Below, piece after piece: positions 1-12,467 of a DNA stretch of 64,000 nucleotides. The stretch lies in the NCBI GenBank assembly GCA_047495785.1, contig JBLDXI010000031.1, positions 1,364,001 through 1,428,000 on the forward strand, in the 5' to 3' direction. The translations under genes were made by a program, and so were the position numbers. The stretch is from Lepidodermella squamata. Taxonomy: Eukaryota; Animalia; Gastrotricha. Below the pieces are notes generated by a model, which was not told where the DNA came from, searched no databases, and saw only the letters and a list, made by a program, of their open reading frames with translations. How positions within the stretch are numbered: position 1 is the stretch's first letter; every line of letters begins with the position of its first letter.

Positions 1-295
1 GAATTTTGATCTTATTAGACTGAAGGCGACCGATGAAATGCCAACGGATGTCAGGGCATGCCGCTTGAAGCTTGGGATCTTTCGATTTTGTAACAAGCTC
101 TTGGATGTAATTCTCACCAAAATGTCGAGCTCCACAGCTATATGCTTCAATTAAATCTTCAATGGGCTTCGTTTTACTGACACAGACAAGTCTTGGCTGA
201 GTGGAAACGGCGATCTGACATTTAGCGCTGGCGACTCTAATCCTCTCCAAAACAGAAGCTAATCTTGAATTCATGCCACTCGATGAAGCTTCCAT
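1..295 (-). CDS. PLPBP: Pyridoxal-phosphate homeostasis protein (PROSC/YggS family), 5' part; runs off the window
   Basis: Not in the ORF track. Manual minus-strand translation from ATG at 295 gives MEASSSG...[11 protein letters not shown]...[11 protein letters not shown]...[15 protein letters not shown], containing the VSKTKP, FGENY and WHFIGxLQSNK hallmarks. Confidence 0.93.
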   Translation of the reverse strand, partial: MEASSSGMNSRLASVLERIRVASAKCQIAVSTQPRLVCVSKTKPIEDLIEAYSCGARHFGENYIQELVTKSKDPKLQAACPDIRWHFIGRLQSNKIKI

Positions 296-1015
296 GAAAT
301 CAAAGCATTCAAACTCTGCCTTGAATTGCAAACAGGGAGTAGAAAAAACAGAACAGACAACCTCAGTTCCCAAAAGAGTTCCTAAAACCGAAAACGGGTC
401 AAGTTCCTTCGGACTGTCACAACATAGCGCCTTTGCGCGGGCAATTCGAATATTTTCAAGGACGAAACATATCGTTGTTAAAATATTTCAAGTAAAAGTT
501 GCAAATTACTATTCCAATATTTTGTTATTAATGACCTTGACGTATGAATGCGCGGCAAAGCTGCGGGCTTGTATTGATGATTCAGAAGGGGTTCTTTGGG
601 GAATGCTGAGTCGACGAAAGAAGTGCGCGGCTCATTTGTGAGTACTGGGCTATGCTTGGCTCAAAGTAAATGCACGGTACATTATGCATGGTTTTCATTT
701 AACGTGCGCGGTGCCGCGCTCAAATATGTTCACAGTGGCATGTGGTTTTTTTTATTGAATCGCCCTTGGCATCTTTCATAATTCCTTGGCCGGCTAATAA
801 GAATTTTTAAACGTGACCGTTTTTTGCCGCAAAAGACGCATTGTTGATTGTTGATACGCTTTTTGCTTTGGATAAATGCTAAAATTAACACTTCAATTTT
901 ACCTAGTATTTCACTATTATCTCTCTCCTCCCATCTTACTCCTTATTACCATGGCGGATTCTTATTACAATGACCCAATTATTTTTGTAGGTGTGGCAAT
1001 CACTTAACCCGAGCA

Positions 1016-2372
1016 ATGGGTCTCGAATCGATTGCGATATTTTTGAATAACAAAAATGTTTTCTACTCTGGCGAGACCCTTACCGGGTTCTGCAATGTTA
1101 CCTGCTCAGCACCGACTCAAATTCCAAGCTTGAAGGTGCGCCTAGAAGGATATGCACGTGTTTCATGGTCTGAATCCCGTACAAGAACGCATCGAGACTC
1201 TCAAGGGCACTCCCACTCAGAAACCTATTACGTTCACTTCAGCTCAGCCATGGACCTTGTGTGTCTGGAGCAAGATATTTTGGTTCAAGGAGGCGTCTTA
1301 CCTCCGGGAACACACAGCTTGCCTTTTGGTTTTCAAGTGCCTCCAACGTAAGTTACTTGAAACATTTTATCGTTATTGCCAACACTCATTAAATAGGCTG
1401 GTCACTTCTTTCGAAGGAGCTCATGGCTATGTTCGATATTGGATCGAAGCTAAAGTTCCTCAGAATTGGTTTAAAGCTTTGTTTGCTCCTACTGGGCGTG
1501 TATCCATCAAAATTATTCAGCCGATCGACACTAACATCCCACAGTACAACGTTAGTTCGCTTTAATGTTTGTCGAAGTTGGCTATTTTATCAACATTATA
1601 GTTTTCCGTACGTGGAACTGATAACAAAACGATTTGTTGCTGCTGCTGTGCTCAAGGGCCTTTGGTAGTCGAGGCCGGAACCGATCGAGCCGCTTATTGC
1701 CCGAGCGAAGTAGTAACACTCACCGGTCGCTTTGATAACAAGTCACGCCGGGAGGTCCGACCATTTGCCAAATTAGTACAACGCGTCAATTACTACGCTG
1801 AGGGGCATCACAAACAAGAGAGTAGATCCTGGGATTTGCAATCTGTTGGCGCTGTCGATGGAATTCTGAATGCTATCAAAGAAAACGAGCAATCCGTTTG
1901 GAATGGAGCGCAATTTGCGATTCCAGGCGTCTCGCCGTCTCTGTCAATACCTATTGTTCAAGTTTCGTACTACATCGAAGTCGGACTTGACATTCCAATG
2001 GCGTTTGACCTTCTAGTTTACCTGCCGATTGTTATTGGAACAATTCCTTACCGTGGCCAACCGCCTGTGGTCACCCACCAAATTGTCAGCTCAGACCAAC
2101 CACCAGCCTATGGAGGAGCCGGGGCTGCCTATGCAGCTGCGACCCCGTGGTCTGGCACTGGCCATGCTGCATCAGGCGGACCACCCGCCTCAGCCCCGCC
2201 ACTGGAATACGGTTTCCAAAACGCGAAAATCGACGCACCTCCTCCGAGTTATTTCGATTCAGTTCTCGGCTCTCAGCAACCGCAAATGCCGGCTGATGAC
2301 CAGTTTACAAGCAGAGGTGGTGGCCAACAGGGTGGACCAGCCCCACCGCCACCAATCGGATTTAAAGGCTAA
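1016..2372 (+). CDS. Alpha-arrestin (ARRDC) paralog 1; exons 1016-1347, 1397-1550, 1602-2372
   Basis: Arrestin_N/C motifs (FYSGETLTG, SFEGAHGYVRY, ICCCCCAQGP, LPIVIGTIP) and PPAY/PPSY tail motifs. GT-AG introns of 49 and 51 bp join the ORF pieces in frame. Confidence 0.92.
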
Positions 2373-2742
2373 CTCATTGTTTGAACGTGACAGAATTTCA
2401 GAATTTTATGCAATTTTGAAATTTTGATACTAGTAAGAATGAATGGACTGAATATCACTGTTTTGTTTGGTTATCAGAAGCTTGCTTACTCCACGTTATT
2501 TGGTGTGGGTATAAAAATGAATATTTTTTTAATAATTGTTCAGCTATTATTGATGTCAAAGCTGCTGCGGCGTGATAAATTTTATGGAAATAATTGTTTA
2601 TTTAGTGGCTTATATTTGCAGCAATGATAATGCAATTAAAGTTCGACCACATATCATCGTTACTCTCAATTTTTTCGGCTTGCTTTGTTTAGTTGATTAC
2701 ACCCAATTTATTTCACGCATTTTTTGTTTATTTTTGCTGTAG

Positions 2743-4718
2743 ATGTCGATTAAATCGATTTTAATTACGCTAGAAAAATCGGTTTTCTACGCCGGCGAGC
2801 CTGTAATTGGGCAAATTGCAATCAGAGTCATCTCGCCCCTCGAGATCGATCGAATCCCGGTGAAATTCGAAGGAATCTCGCAGGTTCGCTGGACCGAATC
2901 GAAGGACCGCCAAATTCAGGACTGTGTCGGCAATTCGAAAACGGAAACTTACTCTGAAATCTACTCATCAAGCGAAACTTTGATCTTACTAAAGCAAATT
3001 CTCGAGATTAAAAGCCGGAGTTTAGAACCAGGAGAACATTTCTTCCCATTTGAATTCCGGACCCCAAAAAATTTGGTCAGTTCTTTCACTGGCGATTACG
3101 GCTCGATTCGATATGAAATTTCAGTCGCTAAACCCGGTACAAATTTCCTGGAGGCCTTATTTGCGAAAAATTCAACGTGTGAAGTGTCGATAATTCAGCC
3201 GATTGATGCGAACTTGCCAACGTATAATTTCCCGGTTGCTGGGCGGGATGAAAAAACGATTTGTTGCTGTTGTTGTGCTTCCGGCCCGGTTTCGATCGAT
3301 ACGCAATGCGGCAGAGCGGCGTATTGCCCTGGGGAATCGATCAAAATAACCGCGAAATTTGAGAATAATTCAAAGCGTGAGGTCAGGCCGTATGTGAAAT
3401 TGATTCAAAAATCGAGATATCTCGCGGATGGCGCGTTTAAAGATGCGGTGAAGAGTTGGGATTTGAAACCAGTTGATGACGGCAGTGTTTTCAGCCATAC
3501 AATTGCCGAGGGTGGAGCTGCTGAGTGGAATAATCTCGATTTTGCGGTGCCAGCTTGCACGCCCTCCTTGAAAAGCGATAACATCGATGTCAATTACACG
3601 GTTGAGGCAAGTTTATTCATGCATACTTTATCTTTGTTGCTAAAAGGGGGACGAACAGATAAATGCCGGAATGATGTTCAGACATTTTACTCAATGAAAG
3701 TGATGAGAAAACACCCAATTGTAGGCGTGACTGACAAAGGGAGGGGAGGAAAAGGGGAGCGGATTCAGCTTGAATGGCAGATAATTTTGTATTTTTTTTG
3801 CTAATTGCCAGTGTCTCATAAATAATGCAAGTAACGGTAATGCAGCGAGAAGGCAGCAGAGAGTATGAAATTATGTTCGATTGTATTATCCGGAGGATGA
3901 AAATATACGAGAATTTGATAAAAAAATAGAAATACGATTTGTTATTAGGTATAAAACACCGAAAATTACCGAACCATTTACCATCAGTTTTTCTGTAAAA
4001 ATGTTTTGTGAAAATTTAAAATTTGAAATTTTCAGAAAACTGATCTAAAATGCTTTATGAAGCGCTAATTTAGGGAAAATATTTGAATTTTTAGCAATTA
4101 ATGAAAAATAAAATATAGTTGCGCTACTTGTAGGACACTGTAAAATGATATTTTTGGATAATTTATCAATTTCTAATAACCCGCACCACATAGCCCGCGG
4201 ACCAAAAATTCGAAAGCGATGTTAAAGCTTGAAATAATTTAATGCTACAAATTTAAACTCCAAAATACCATCCCAATCTTATTCGACGAATTTTTGGTTA
4301 ATTCTCACTGTTATGATATTTATCATTAGCTTCTAATTACGTTAGTATTTTTTCTTATTTGTATTATTATTGTTATTAGGTTGCGATGGATATTCCTATG
4401 GCATTCAACCTTCGCGTTTCGCTGCCCATTGTCATGGCGACGATAAAACACCGCGGGCCGCAGGTCGTAACCACGCAAATAACCAGCACAATGGCACAAC
4501 CGCCCAGCTACGAAATTGGCTGGGTCGGTTACAATTCGAGGCAACGCGGCGCGCCGAGTGCTCCGCCGCCTATTGCTGCGGCCGAGGGCAATGTCCCACT
4601 CGACCAGCCGCCTCCGAGCTATTTCGACGTGGTTTATGCGCATAATCCGAGTGGGAATACTGCGGATAACGGCAATACCGATAACAAAATCAACGAGGGA
4701 GACAAAAAATCGAAATGA
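2743..4718 (+). CDS. Alpha-arrestin paralog 2; exons 2743-3606 and 4380-4718 (GC-AG intron)
   Basis: Same arrestin motifs. The splice TVE|VAMDIPM matches IEVGLDIPM in paralog 1. Two PPSY motifs. Confidence 0.9.
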
Positions 4719-5615
4719 TTCAATTATTGCTAAATCCTAACCCGAGTGAATAATTAATTAGATAATTTTATCCTTTTATTAATGCTGAATGATCTGTAAT
4801 AGAAAATAATTCACTGACAACTCACTGACACATCTATCCAAGAGCTTTCATAACAAAAAATTGAATTGCAGAAACATAAAATAAAGAGAGGTTTTTAATA
4901 ACAAAAATTGCGTGAATTTTTTTAAATTATTTACTGATGTCCTCAAATTTTTACTGTATTCCGATTTTCCTTGAAAATTATTTGATCTGGATTTTTTCTT
5001 TTCTCAGATTATTGCCATTTTAGGTACATTTTGCCATCAAAATAGTAGTAGTAACTTGGCGTGTTTATTTACTCGGAAGGCAGGTGCTAGCTATTTATGC
5101 ATTCGGTCTTGTTTTCTTGGCTTTCTCTGAGCTAGCCTGATATGCTAAAAAGCAATGGAGAGTTAGAAAACAATTTCATCTCGAAAATGGGTACAACTGT
5201 ATTATTAAAATATTTTGGCTTCAGTAAATAAAAATGATTCAAATTTCCAGTCCAGTCCAGTCCAGTTGGGATGTAAGACACTGCTATAAATTTTGTAAAA
5301 ATAATTAAGAGAGATCTAATGGTTCTATTTCGAAATAATATGATTGCCAAAATGAAATTTTCCTGTACTATTTTAATATTCAATAATTTTGATGCAAAAT
5401 TCCTGAAAATACAATTTTATCTTAAAAACTTCTGAATATGAGTTGCGCAAGAAATCAATTCGAAAAATGAAAAATGTGGAAAATTTCGATATTACTCGCA
5501 GATTTCAATTTTTTGTATTTGAATTTGTATTAATTTTTTTCTCAATTTTCGTTCAAAATAGATGACCATTTTATGAGTTTAAGAATATTCGTGTGAAAAC
5601 GACCCCAAATGCTCC

Positions 5616-8600
5616 ATGTCGATTGAATCGTTCGAATTTCGGTGCGATAAGCCGTTTTACTACGCCGGCGATACAATAGTCGGCCTGCTAACGCTAACAA
5701 CCACTGGTCCGATTCAAGCCGAATCGATCGATATCCATTTCGATGGAGCCGCCAATGTTCACTGGACCGAGACCGTATCGCGAACTGTGACGGACAGCGA
5801 TGGGAATTCACGCTCGGAAAGCGAGACTGTCTCGGTAACTTCGCATCAAAAAATCATTTCAATAACGAAGCAAATTCGATTTGAAAATGGTTTACTCGAA
5901 AATGGGACAACAATTTTGAAATTTGAATTTTCAACCCCGCCCACGCTGGTCAGTTCATTCGAGGGCATTTACGGCGTTATTCGTTACGTAATTTCCGCGC
6001 AAAAACCTGGCAAGAAGAGCGTGTTGAATACAATTTTCAGCGATCGAAATCTTATGAAATTCGAGGTGAAAATGTTCGAAAAAGTCGATTTGAACCAGCC
6101 GCAATTTTTCATATCGGTCCAGGGCGAAAATCGTAAAAATGTCTGCTGCTGTTGCTGCGCCTCTGGTCCGTTGATAATCGAGGCGAAAACCGACCGAGCT
6201 GCGTATTGCTCGAACGATATCGTGACTTTACGTGTTAAATTTGAAAATGCATCCAAGCGTGAAGTTCGGCCGTACGCGAAATTGACGCAAAATGTGTCGT
6301 ACCGCGCTGGGGCTTCGTCAAATTTCAGCGTTCAGCAGTGGGAATTGGTGCCGTTTGGGCTGAGGGATACTGAAACGAGGCATTTTATAGCTGATGGCGG
6401 GACCTGCGAGTGGAATGATCTACAATTCAAGCTTCCCGTGTGCGGTCCGTCGCTGAAATGTGACATTATTACGGTTTCTTACAATATCACGGTATGTTTT
6501 AACCTATTTTATTTTAGGTGAACTTGAAAATTTAGGCGTTAAAATTATTTAAAATGACCGTTAACAAGTTGAAAGTGAGGTTTGGTGACATTTCTTTTTT
6601 GCATTTTTAACGGTTAGATGTATCTTAAATCTGAATACCACCTTGTATTAAGCAACGCTCAGATTAAATAGTAGTTTTCTATTAAATATCAGTGATTTTT
6701 ATGGTCAAACTTGAAATTTGGGAGCCTAGATATTGAATGAAAATTCGCGCAAACAAACAAAAAAGTGAACGTCGTCAGGGCCTTTGTCATTGTAGCCTTT
6801 GCCAGACCGCTTCGATTTGCACTGCACAGTACCTCGCGTTCCGATTCGAACCTCGATCCAGCATAAAATCGATCACGAGGACTTGACGGAACTGTCGATT
6901 CAGAGCCGTAGCGGACCCCTTAATGTAACCTGGGTCGATACAATCATGATTAGACAGATCGAGAAAAAACAGCTTCAGCCAGACCACGGGGATCTCCTTT
7001 GTCGCCTCGGTAACGTCGGGCGAGCCAGTTCCAGGTGCAGCTCCAGATACTTGCGGAATCGTTGCCATTGCCCTTTAAATAAAAAATAACGCCTTCAAAA
7101 AGATCTAGCGTTACGCCTGATGTTGCTAACACCGCGAGCAAAGTTTCCGAAAAATGAGTAACGCTTTCATTTTGCGGAGTAATTCGTAACGCGATACTTA
7201 TTCTTTTTGAAATGGGGCGAATTTCGAAACCAGCCAGCTGAGGCGGCTGGTTTTCAGGCCCATCTAGTACAGAAACAGGGAACGCGGCAGCACTGCTTCC
7301 GGCCTGATTGCTTGCTTTGGCCGGGACTTGGACAGCGAATTATATGCTCTCATCGAATGATTCCTTGAAGGCAGCAGCTCGAACAGCAGTCGAGTTCGCC
7401 AGTTGCATAATTCGGCGGAGGGCTGCTTCATCGGAGTATTGCATTAAGTCACTGTCGAAGTAATACTCTTCTTGACTTGGCCCGGCCGCCTGAGCGGTGA
7501 AATTGTCCATCTCGGCCGAGGTTTCCCCGTCCCAATTGCCGTCTCTTTCGAAATACATTTTTAACTTCCGTGAATCGTTGATTGAAGATCTTGTTAACCA
7601 ATAATCATTGTCCCGAAAATCAGCAGTTGGCTTCAGAACAAAAGGATCGTAAAAAGAGCTTAACACTAAAATTAAGACAGCGTTATTAGAAAAGTTGGAC
7701 GGCATCAATCGTTTTAGCTCATAATAAATAACTCTTTGAGGCGCTAGTCCTCTTGTAGAAGCTCCTCCTATGACCTTCTCTTATTTGCGATAATGGCGCT
7801 GTATAATACGCCATTATTGCTTACGTATGTAACGTAGAACGAATCAGTCTGCTGAGAAGAATTTCGCTATTCGATTGAAATTCGAAAAATTCCAGGTTGC
7901 CAAAACCGTGCTTTAGAATATCACGTCTCGCCAGGAAACAGACGTGCCAGATTTCGACGTGAATTTACGACAATCTGTTCCTTCAGTGTATTGTTTCACG
8001 AGCCTTCTTGGGTTTAACAGCGATATCACAAGGTTGTAGAGAAATTGCACATCCAGATAGTTGAAATCGAAGTAACGGGTCCCAAGTGCTATAATTTACA
8101 TCCAGCCGCCGCGCCCAGTCAATCATGTCATCGTCGTCAATAGCCGTCACAATGGGTTGGTTACTCAACGCGGGAAACTATAAAAAAAAATAACTATTCG
8201 AAACACGCCTCGCTTTTTGCCGATTCGATAGTAGCGGCAGTTAATGCCGTTTTTTTGCAGTCTATCATTGGAGAAGAACAATGGCCATTTGAGAAAGTTT
8301 GAGATGCCTTTCCGGTCCATGCTGTTACTGCGTAGTGATATGATATGAACCTAATAGTTTCGTTACCTTGAAAATGGAAGAAATTTCTCAGATAGAAAGC
8401 ACAATTTTTAGTATTAGGAAAGAATATTCGTTAAGAATGATGAAATCGGGAGCAAAAAACGTTAGGAAATTGATTTGGTGATTTATTTCTGAATTTTTAG
8501 TATTTTTATATACTTAGGTTGCTCTAAGCATCCCATTAGCAAAAGATCTGATTGTCCAGCTGCCGATAACAATCACGACCCTGCCATTGCAGAATAGCAG

Positions 8601-8682
8601 CATTGTATCGCAACCCCAGGGAACAGCTGGGGCGTCTACCTCTTCATCTCCTCCAACTTACACTGAAACTGTATCTAGATGA
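5616..8682 (+). CDS. Alpha-arrestin paralog 3; exons 5616-6491 and 8518-8682
   Basis: Arrestin motifs and VCCCCCASGP. GTATGT donor at 6492, TTAG acceptor ending 8517. Last exon VALSIPLAKDLIVQLPITI...PPTYTETVSR*. Confidence 0.9.
6770..8370 (-). mobile_element. Decayed hAT-type transposase remnant inside the paralog-3 intron
   Basis: Homologous to 13620-14300, which is contiguous with recognisable KIAA1586/ZNF862-like transposase motifs. Only fragmented minus-strand ORFs remain. Confidence 0.6.
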
Positions 8683-9028
8683 TTGTGTGCTGGTTCTGTT
8701 TGAATCTTTCTATGCTTTCAAAAAATGTATCTGCTTGTTTTTTTGCTTCCATCATTTTGAGCCAACTTTCTCATATTAATTTTTTCAAGTTTACTTGATT
8801 TTAATCAACATTTTATTGCAATAAAAACGCTTTTAATTGTTAAGCAGTTTTTACAAGTGTGATTCATGCGTTGTATGACTCATAGAGCCCTTGTTTTTTG
8901 CATTTTTTGTGGCGAGAAAAACGTGTCGTTCCTTCTCAACTTATTTTCTCTCTCGTGCGTGGTTTGTATTGTTAAACTCGGCTGCTTTCAACTATCAACA
9001 AGGCTTTTCTTGATATATTAAAAAAAAC

Positions 9029-9222
9029 ATGGGCATCCAATCGATCCATCTATCAGTTGAAAAGCCGATTTACTACGCCGGCGAGCAGATCCGCGGCCTG
9101 TGCACCGTCGTCGTGTCAAGCCCGTGCCAACTCGGCGTCATCCAAATGCGACTGCAAGGCGGATCGTCCGCCTCATGGACCGAGGAACGCACAGTCTGGG
9201 ATAAGGACAGCGACGGCCATTC
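9029..9222 (+). pseudogene. Truncated alpha-arrestin (5' 65 codons, copy of paralog 6)
   Basis: Nearly identical to 15900-16093, then breaks into unrelated sequence at the duplication junction; stop at 9268. Confidence 0.88.
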
Positions 9223-10660
9223 CCTGTGGATTCCATGGACTAAGAACTTGTGGTTCGCATGCCGTTAGCGGAATCTTTCTCAATGGATTGAATGGGTAAT
9301 AGGCGCATTGTCTATGGTCTATGAATACGACAAGATATGGCTATCATTTGATGGATGGCATGTCGTGAATAAATGGACGAGCATCTTGCTCGTTGGACCG
9401 GAGCGTTTTGGGTCACGCTGTTAGCGCTGTTTGGAATACCGCGTTCAATCGAATGACCGATACACAATTGGCCGGTCATGCCGTAGTGGATTTACACTGT
9501 TTGAAGATCAATCATTAGCTGTATGATTTGCCTATCTATTGATTGGTTCATTGCCCGCCAGGCCCTGAGAAGATATTTCGTATGCGGTAACGGTACGAAA
9601 AAGTCAGTTGTCGAATGAGACTGATGTGCGATGCTGATACGGTGAGAAACAGTACTATGAGCAATGAATTGTCAAGTGTCTGAGCAAATCAACCGCATTT
9701 TGGGCTGTCAGCATGGTTGCGCACGGAGTCCAGCTCTGGAGAGCTGTGGACTCGTTCAACGAGCGTATGGCTAATCCGTACTGCATTTTTCCTCCTCTTG
9801 ATTTGCATTGATCTGATGAATATCATGTCTTTCGTTCCAATTAGTTCGAGACTATCGCAAGCCGACTGTGGTTCAGTTGTTCTTTAAGCTCGATAAGCTC
9901 ATCTCGAATCTTATAATCCAAGCTCCGATCTAGCTATTGGTAATTAGAAAGTCTTGACATGATAGTTCCCATTCCTTATGATCAGTCACTGTTTTCGTTT
10001 TTTGCGGCAATGGGAAACTTGATAGAAAATTGAGATCATGGGTTGGTAGTAGCAAGGCGGCTCCCAATCAAAAGCAAATCAAAAGAAATATCTTAGATCT
10101 TTGAGAAACGGGATCAAGCGTAAGGTGGAGAAAATGTTGTGTTCTCAATTCACTGAATGAAGTACTGAAGCCAAAGTTCTTGAAATTGGGTGGTCCAACC
10201 CTGGATTCTGCATGAAGGCATGCGTCCCCACGTAAGCTTCGAATTTACGAATTCAATAGATGGCATCTCTTGGAATTCATAAATTGGAGGGAGAAGAATT
10301 TACGTGTTGTGCAGCGTGGTTATGGTCATGAGGTGGAGAATGTATTTGGCATGACCAAACCAGTTGGAATCTTAGCTTGGTAACTAGTATCACGTAAGAT
10401 TCCTGATTGTACAGCAAAGGTGTACAGCAAAGGTTAAGTAAACTATGTTTGCAAACAAGTTTGCAGAAGTTTGCAAACGTTTGCAAACAGGAGTAAAAAA
10501 TGACCCCATGGACCAAACTGTATGTGTTTGTTTGGGATTTAGACTCGTTTGCTTGGGTTTGTTTGAGGTAGAAAAATTGTATTTGGGTTTGGGGCCTGTT
10601 TTCTTGGGTAACGATCCTGTTTGTTTGAAATGTATCAAACATTTGCAAACCCTTACTCTG
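9223..10660 (+). mobile_element. Junction filler, probably a decayed DNA transposon (Mutator-like transposase motifs, tttgcaaac sub-terminal repeats)
   Basis: Broken frames read SFDGWHVVNK (~9343) and AVDSFNERM (~9743). A repeated GTTTGCAAAC motif lies at 10445-10650. Confidence 0.35.
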
Positions 10661-11111
10661 CTATCCAAGAGCTTTCATAACAAAAAATTGAATTGCAAAA
10701 ACATAAAGTAAAGAGAGGTTTTTATTAACAAAAATTTCGTGAATTTTTTAAAATTATTTACTGATGTCCTCAAATTTTTATTGTATTCCGATTTTCCTTG
10801 AAAATTATTTGATCTGGATTTTTTCTTTTCTCAGATTATTGCCATTTTAGGTACATTTTGCCATCAAAATAGTAGTAGTAACTTGGCGTGTTTATTTACT
10901 CGGAAGGCAGGTGTTAGCTATTTATGCATTCGGTCTTGTTTTCTTGGCTTTCTCTGAGCTAGCCTGATATGCTAGAAAGCAATGGAGAGTTAGAAAACAT
11001 TTTCTTCTCGAAAATGAGTACAAATATAAACAATATTGCAGCGAATTCAGCCTCTGTCGAAAATCTAATATTAAAAATTGAAAATTAATAAAAAAAATAG
11101 TGTAGAAAGAC

Positions 11112-12259
11112 CACAGAGAAAAAATGACCAGAGAAAGCACTCAAGCTAAAATTTATAAATCCTCATTTTAATTCAAAGTTGACTTTCTCAAATTTTTTCT
11201 ACCAAATTTAATGCTTATAGAACGCGAGCTGCTCTTTCACGTGGTATAAGATTGCATTGTGTGACCACTTGTGCGTTCTAATTTTTTTTCTCCAATGCTT
11301 TTGTATGGATGAGTCATGCACTTAGTAAAAAGTGGTCACACAATGTTTGAGGTGGGCAACCCAACCGTTGTTACGATACAAAAACCTCGTTTTCACTATG
11401 GTTTTACTTATTTTGATGAGATGAAGACTGAGCAGCAATTGCCCACCTCAAATCTTATACCACGTGAAAGAGCAGCTCGCGTTCGGGTTAATCTTTTTTC
11501 ATCTAACCAAAATCTTTTTTCATCTAACCAAATGTCTTTTTTCATCTAACCGGGTTTTTACATCTTTACTCATCTAAATAAGTTTTGATATCTTTTTTCA
11601 TCTAACCAGACTTGAAAATGCAGTATGGGTATACTTAACCCTTCACTCAATCGGGATCGTGGCTAAACTCGTTTTATTTTCATTTTAGTAGCTAGGTCTT
11701 ATGTGCCTCAACTTATTTTACGCACCCTTGCATGACCCAAGCCGCCGGGAGACTTTCTAGTTGCATTTTTCGCTCTGGTCGCGGACCAGGCCATGTTAGC
11801 AGAGTGATTTAAGGACTCTCATCGAATCTCTCTTGATAAGGCTTTTAAATTGGCGAAATTGGGGGTGAAACTTGACAAGAACATCCCAGGACATTCGGAC
11901 AGTATTTAGGAGGAATAATTCCAACTGTTAAGCGAAAGAAAAATGATTTTTAGCTGAGTTATTTAAGGGTCGAATTCCTGGTTAGATGGAAAAAGATTCT
12001 GGTTAGATAAAAAAAGATATTTTCCAAATTACACGAACATTTCCAAAATTATCTATTTTCGGGACAAAATTATGGTTAGATGAAAAAAGATATCTGGTTA
12101 GATGAAAAAAGACATAGCCTCGCGTTCTATAGGCATGCAAAATTTGGTAGAAAACGGAGATATCCGTTTTGAGAACGCACTTCTATAAAATTTAAGATAA
12201 TTTAATAATTTAATCAATATTTTAGCTTGAGTGCTTATTCTGGTCATTTTTTCTCTATG
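11112..12259. mobile_element. Non-autonomous TIR element (P/hAT-like) with 8-bp TSD and nested inverted repeats
   Basis: AGAAAGAC at 11104-11111 and 12260-12267; ends CACAGAGAAAAAATGACCAGA...TCTGGTCATTTTTTCTCTATG. Perfect 34-bp internal IR at 11220-11253/11451-11484 and inverted arrays of TTTTTTCATCTAACC. Confidence 0.85.
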
Positions 12260-12467
12260 AGAAAGACCTAATAGTGCTACTGCAAAGAAAAATAATTTCC
12301 AAAATTTTTTCAATATTCCATATTTTTATGCGAAATCCCTGAAAATTGAGGGTAAATGGTTAATTTTATCTCAAATGGATAATTCTTTTTCTTAATTTTT
12401 TTTCGTTAAAAATAGATGACCGGTTTATGATTTTGGGAATATTTAAGGAAACCACCCCAAATACCCC

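Larger units (their letters stand above)
4834..9222 (+). repeat. Segmental duplication, copy A (copy B is 10661-16093)
   Basis: Near-identical sequence starts at ctatccaagagctttcataac and ends at gacggccattc in both copies; large indels lie inside. Confidence 0.92.

Noticed and set aside
273-781. Plus-strand ORFs 273-641 and 596-781
   Set aside because: No motifs; they lie over the PLPBP start and the divergent PLPBP/ARRDC promoter region.
11490-12115. Repeated TTTTTTCATCTAACC units resembling a CRISPR array
   Set aside because: Irregular spacing, inverted halves, no unique spacers or cas genes, eukaryotic context; these are sub-terminal transposon repeats.
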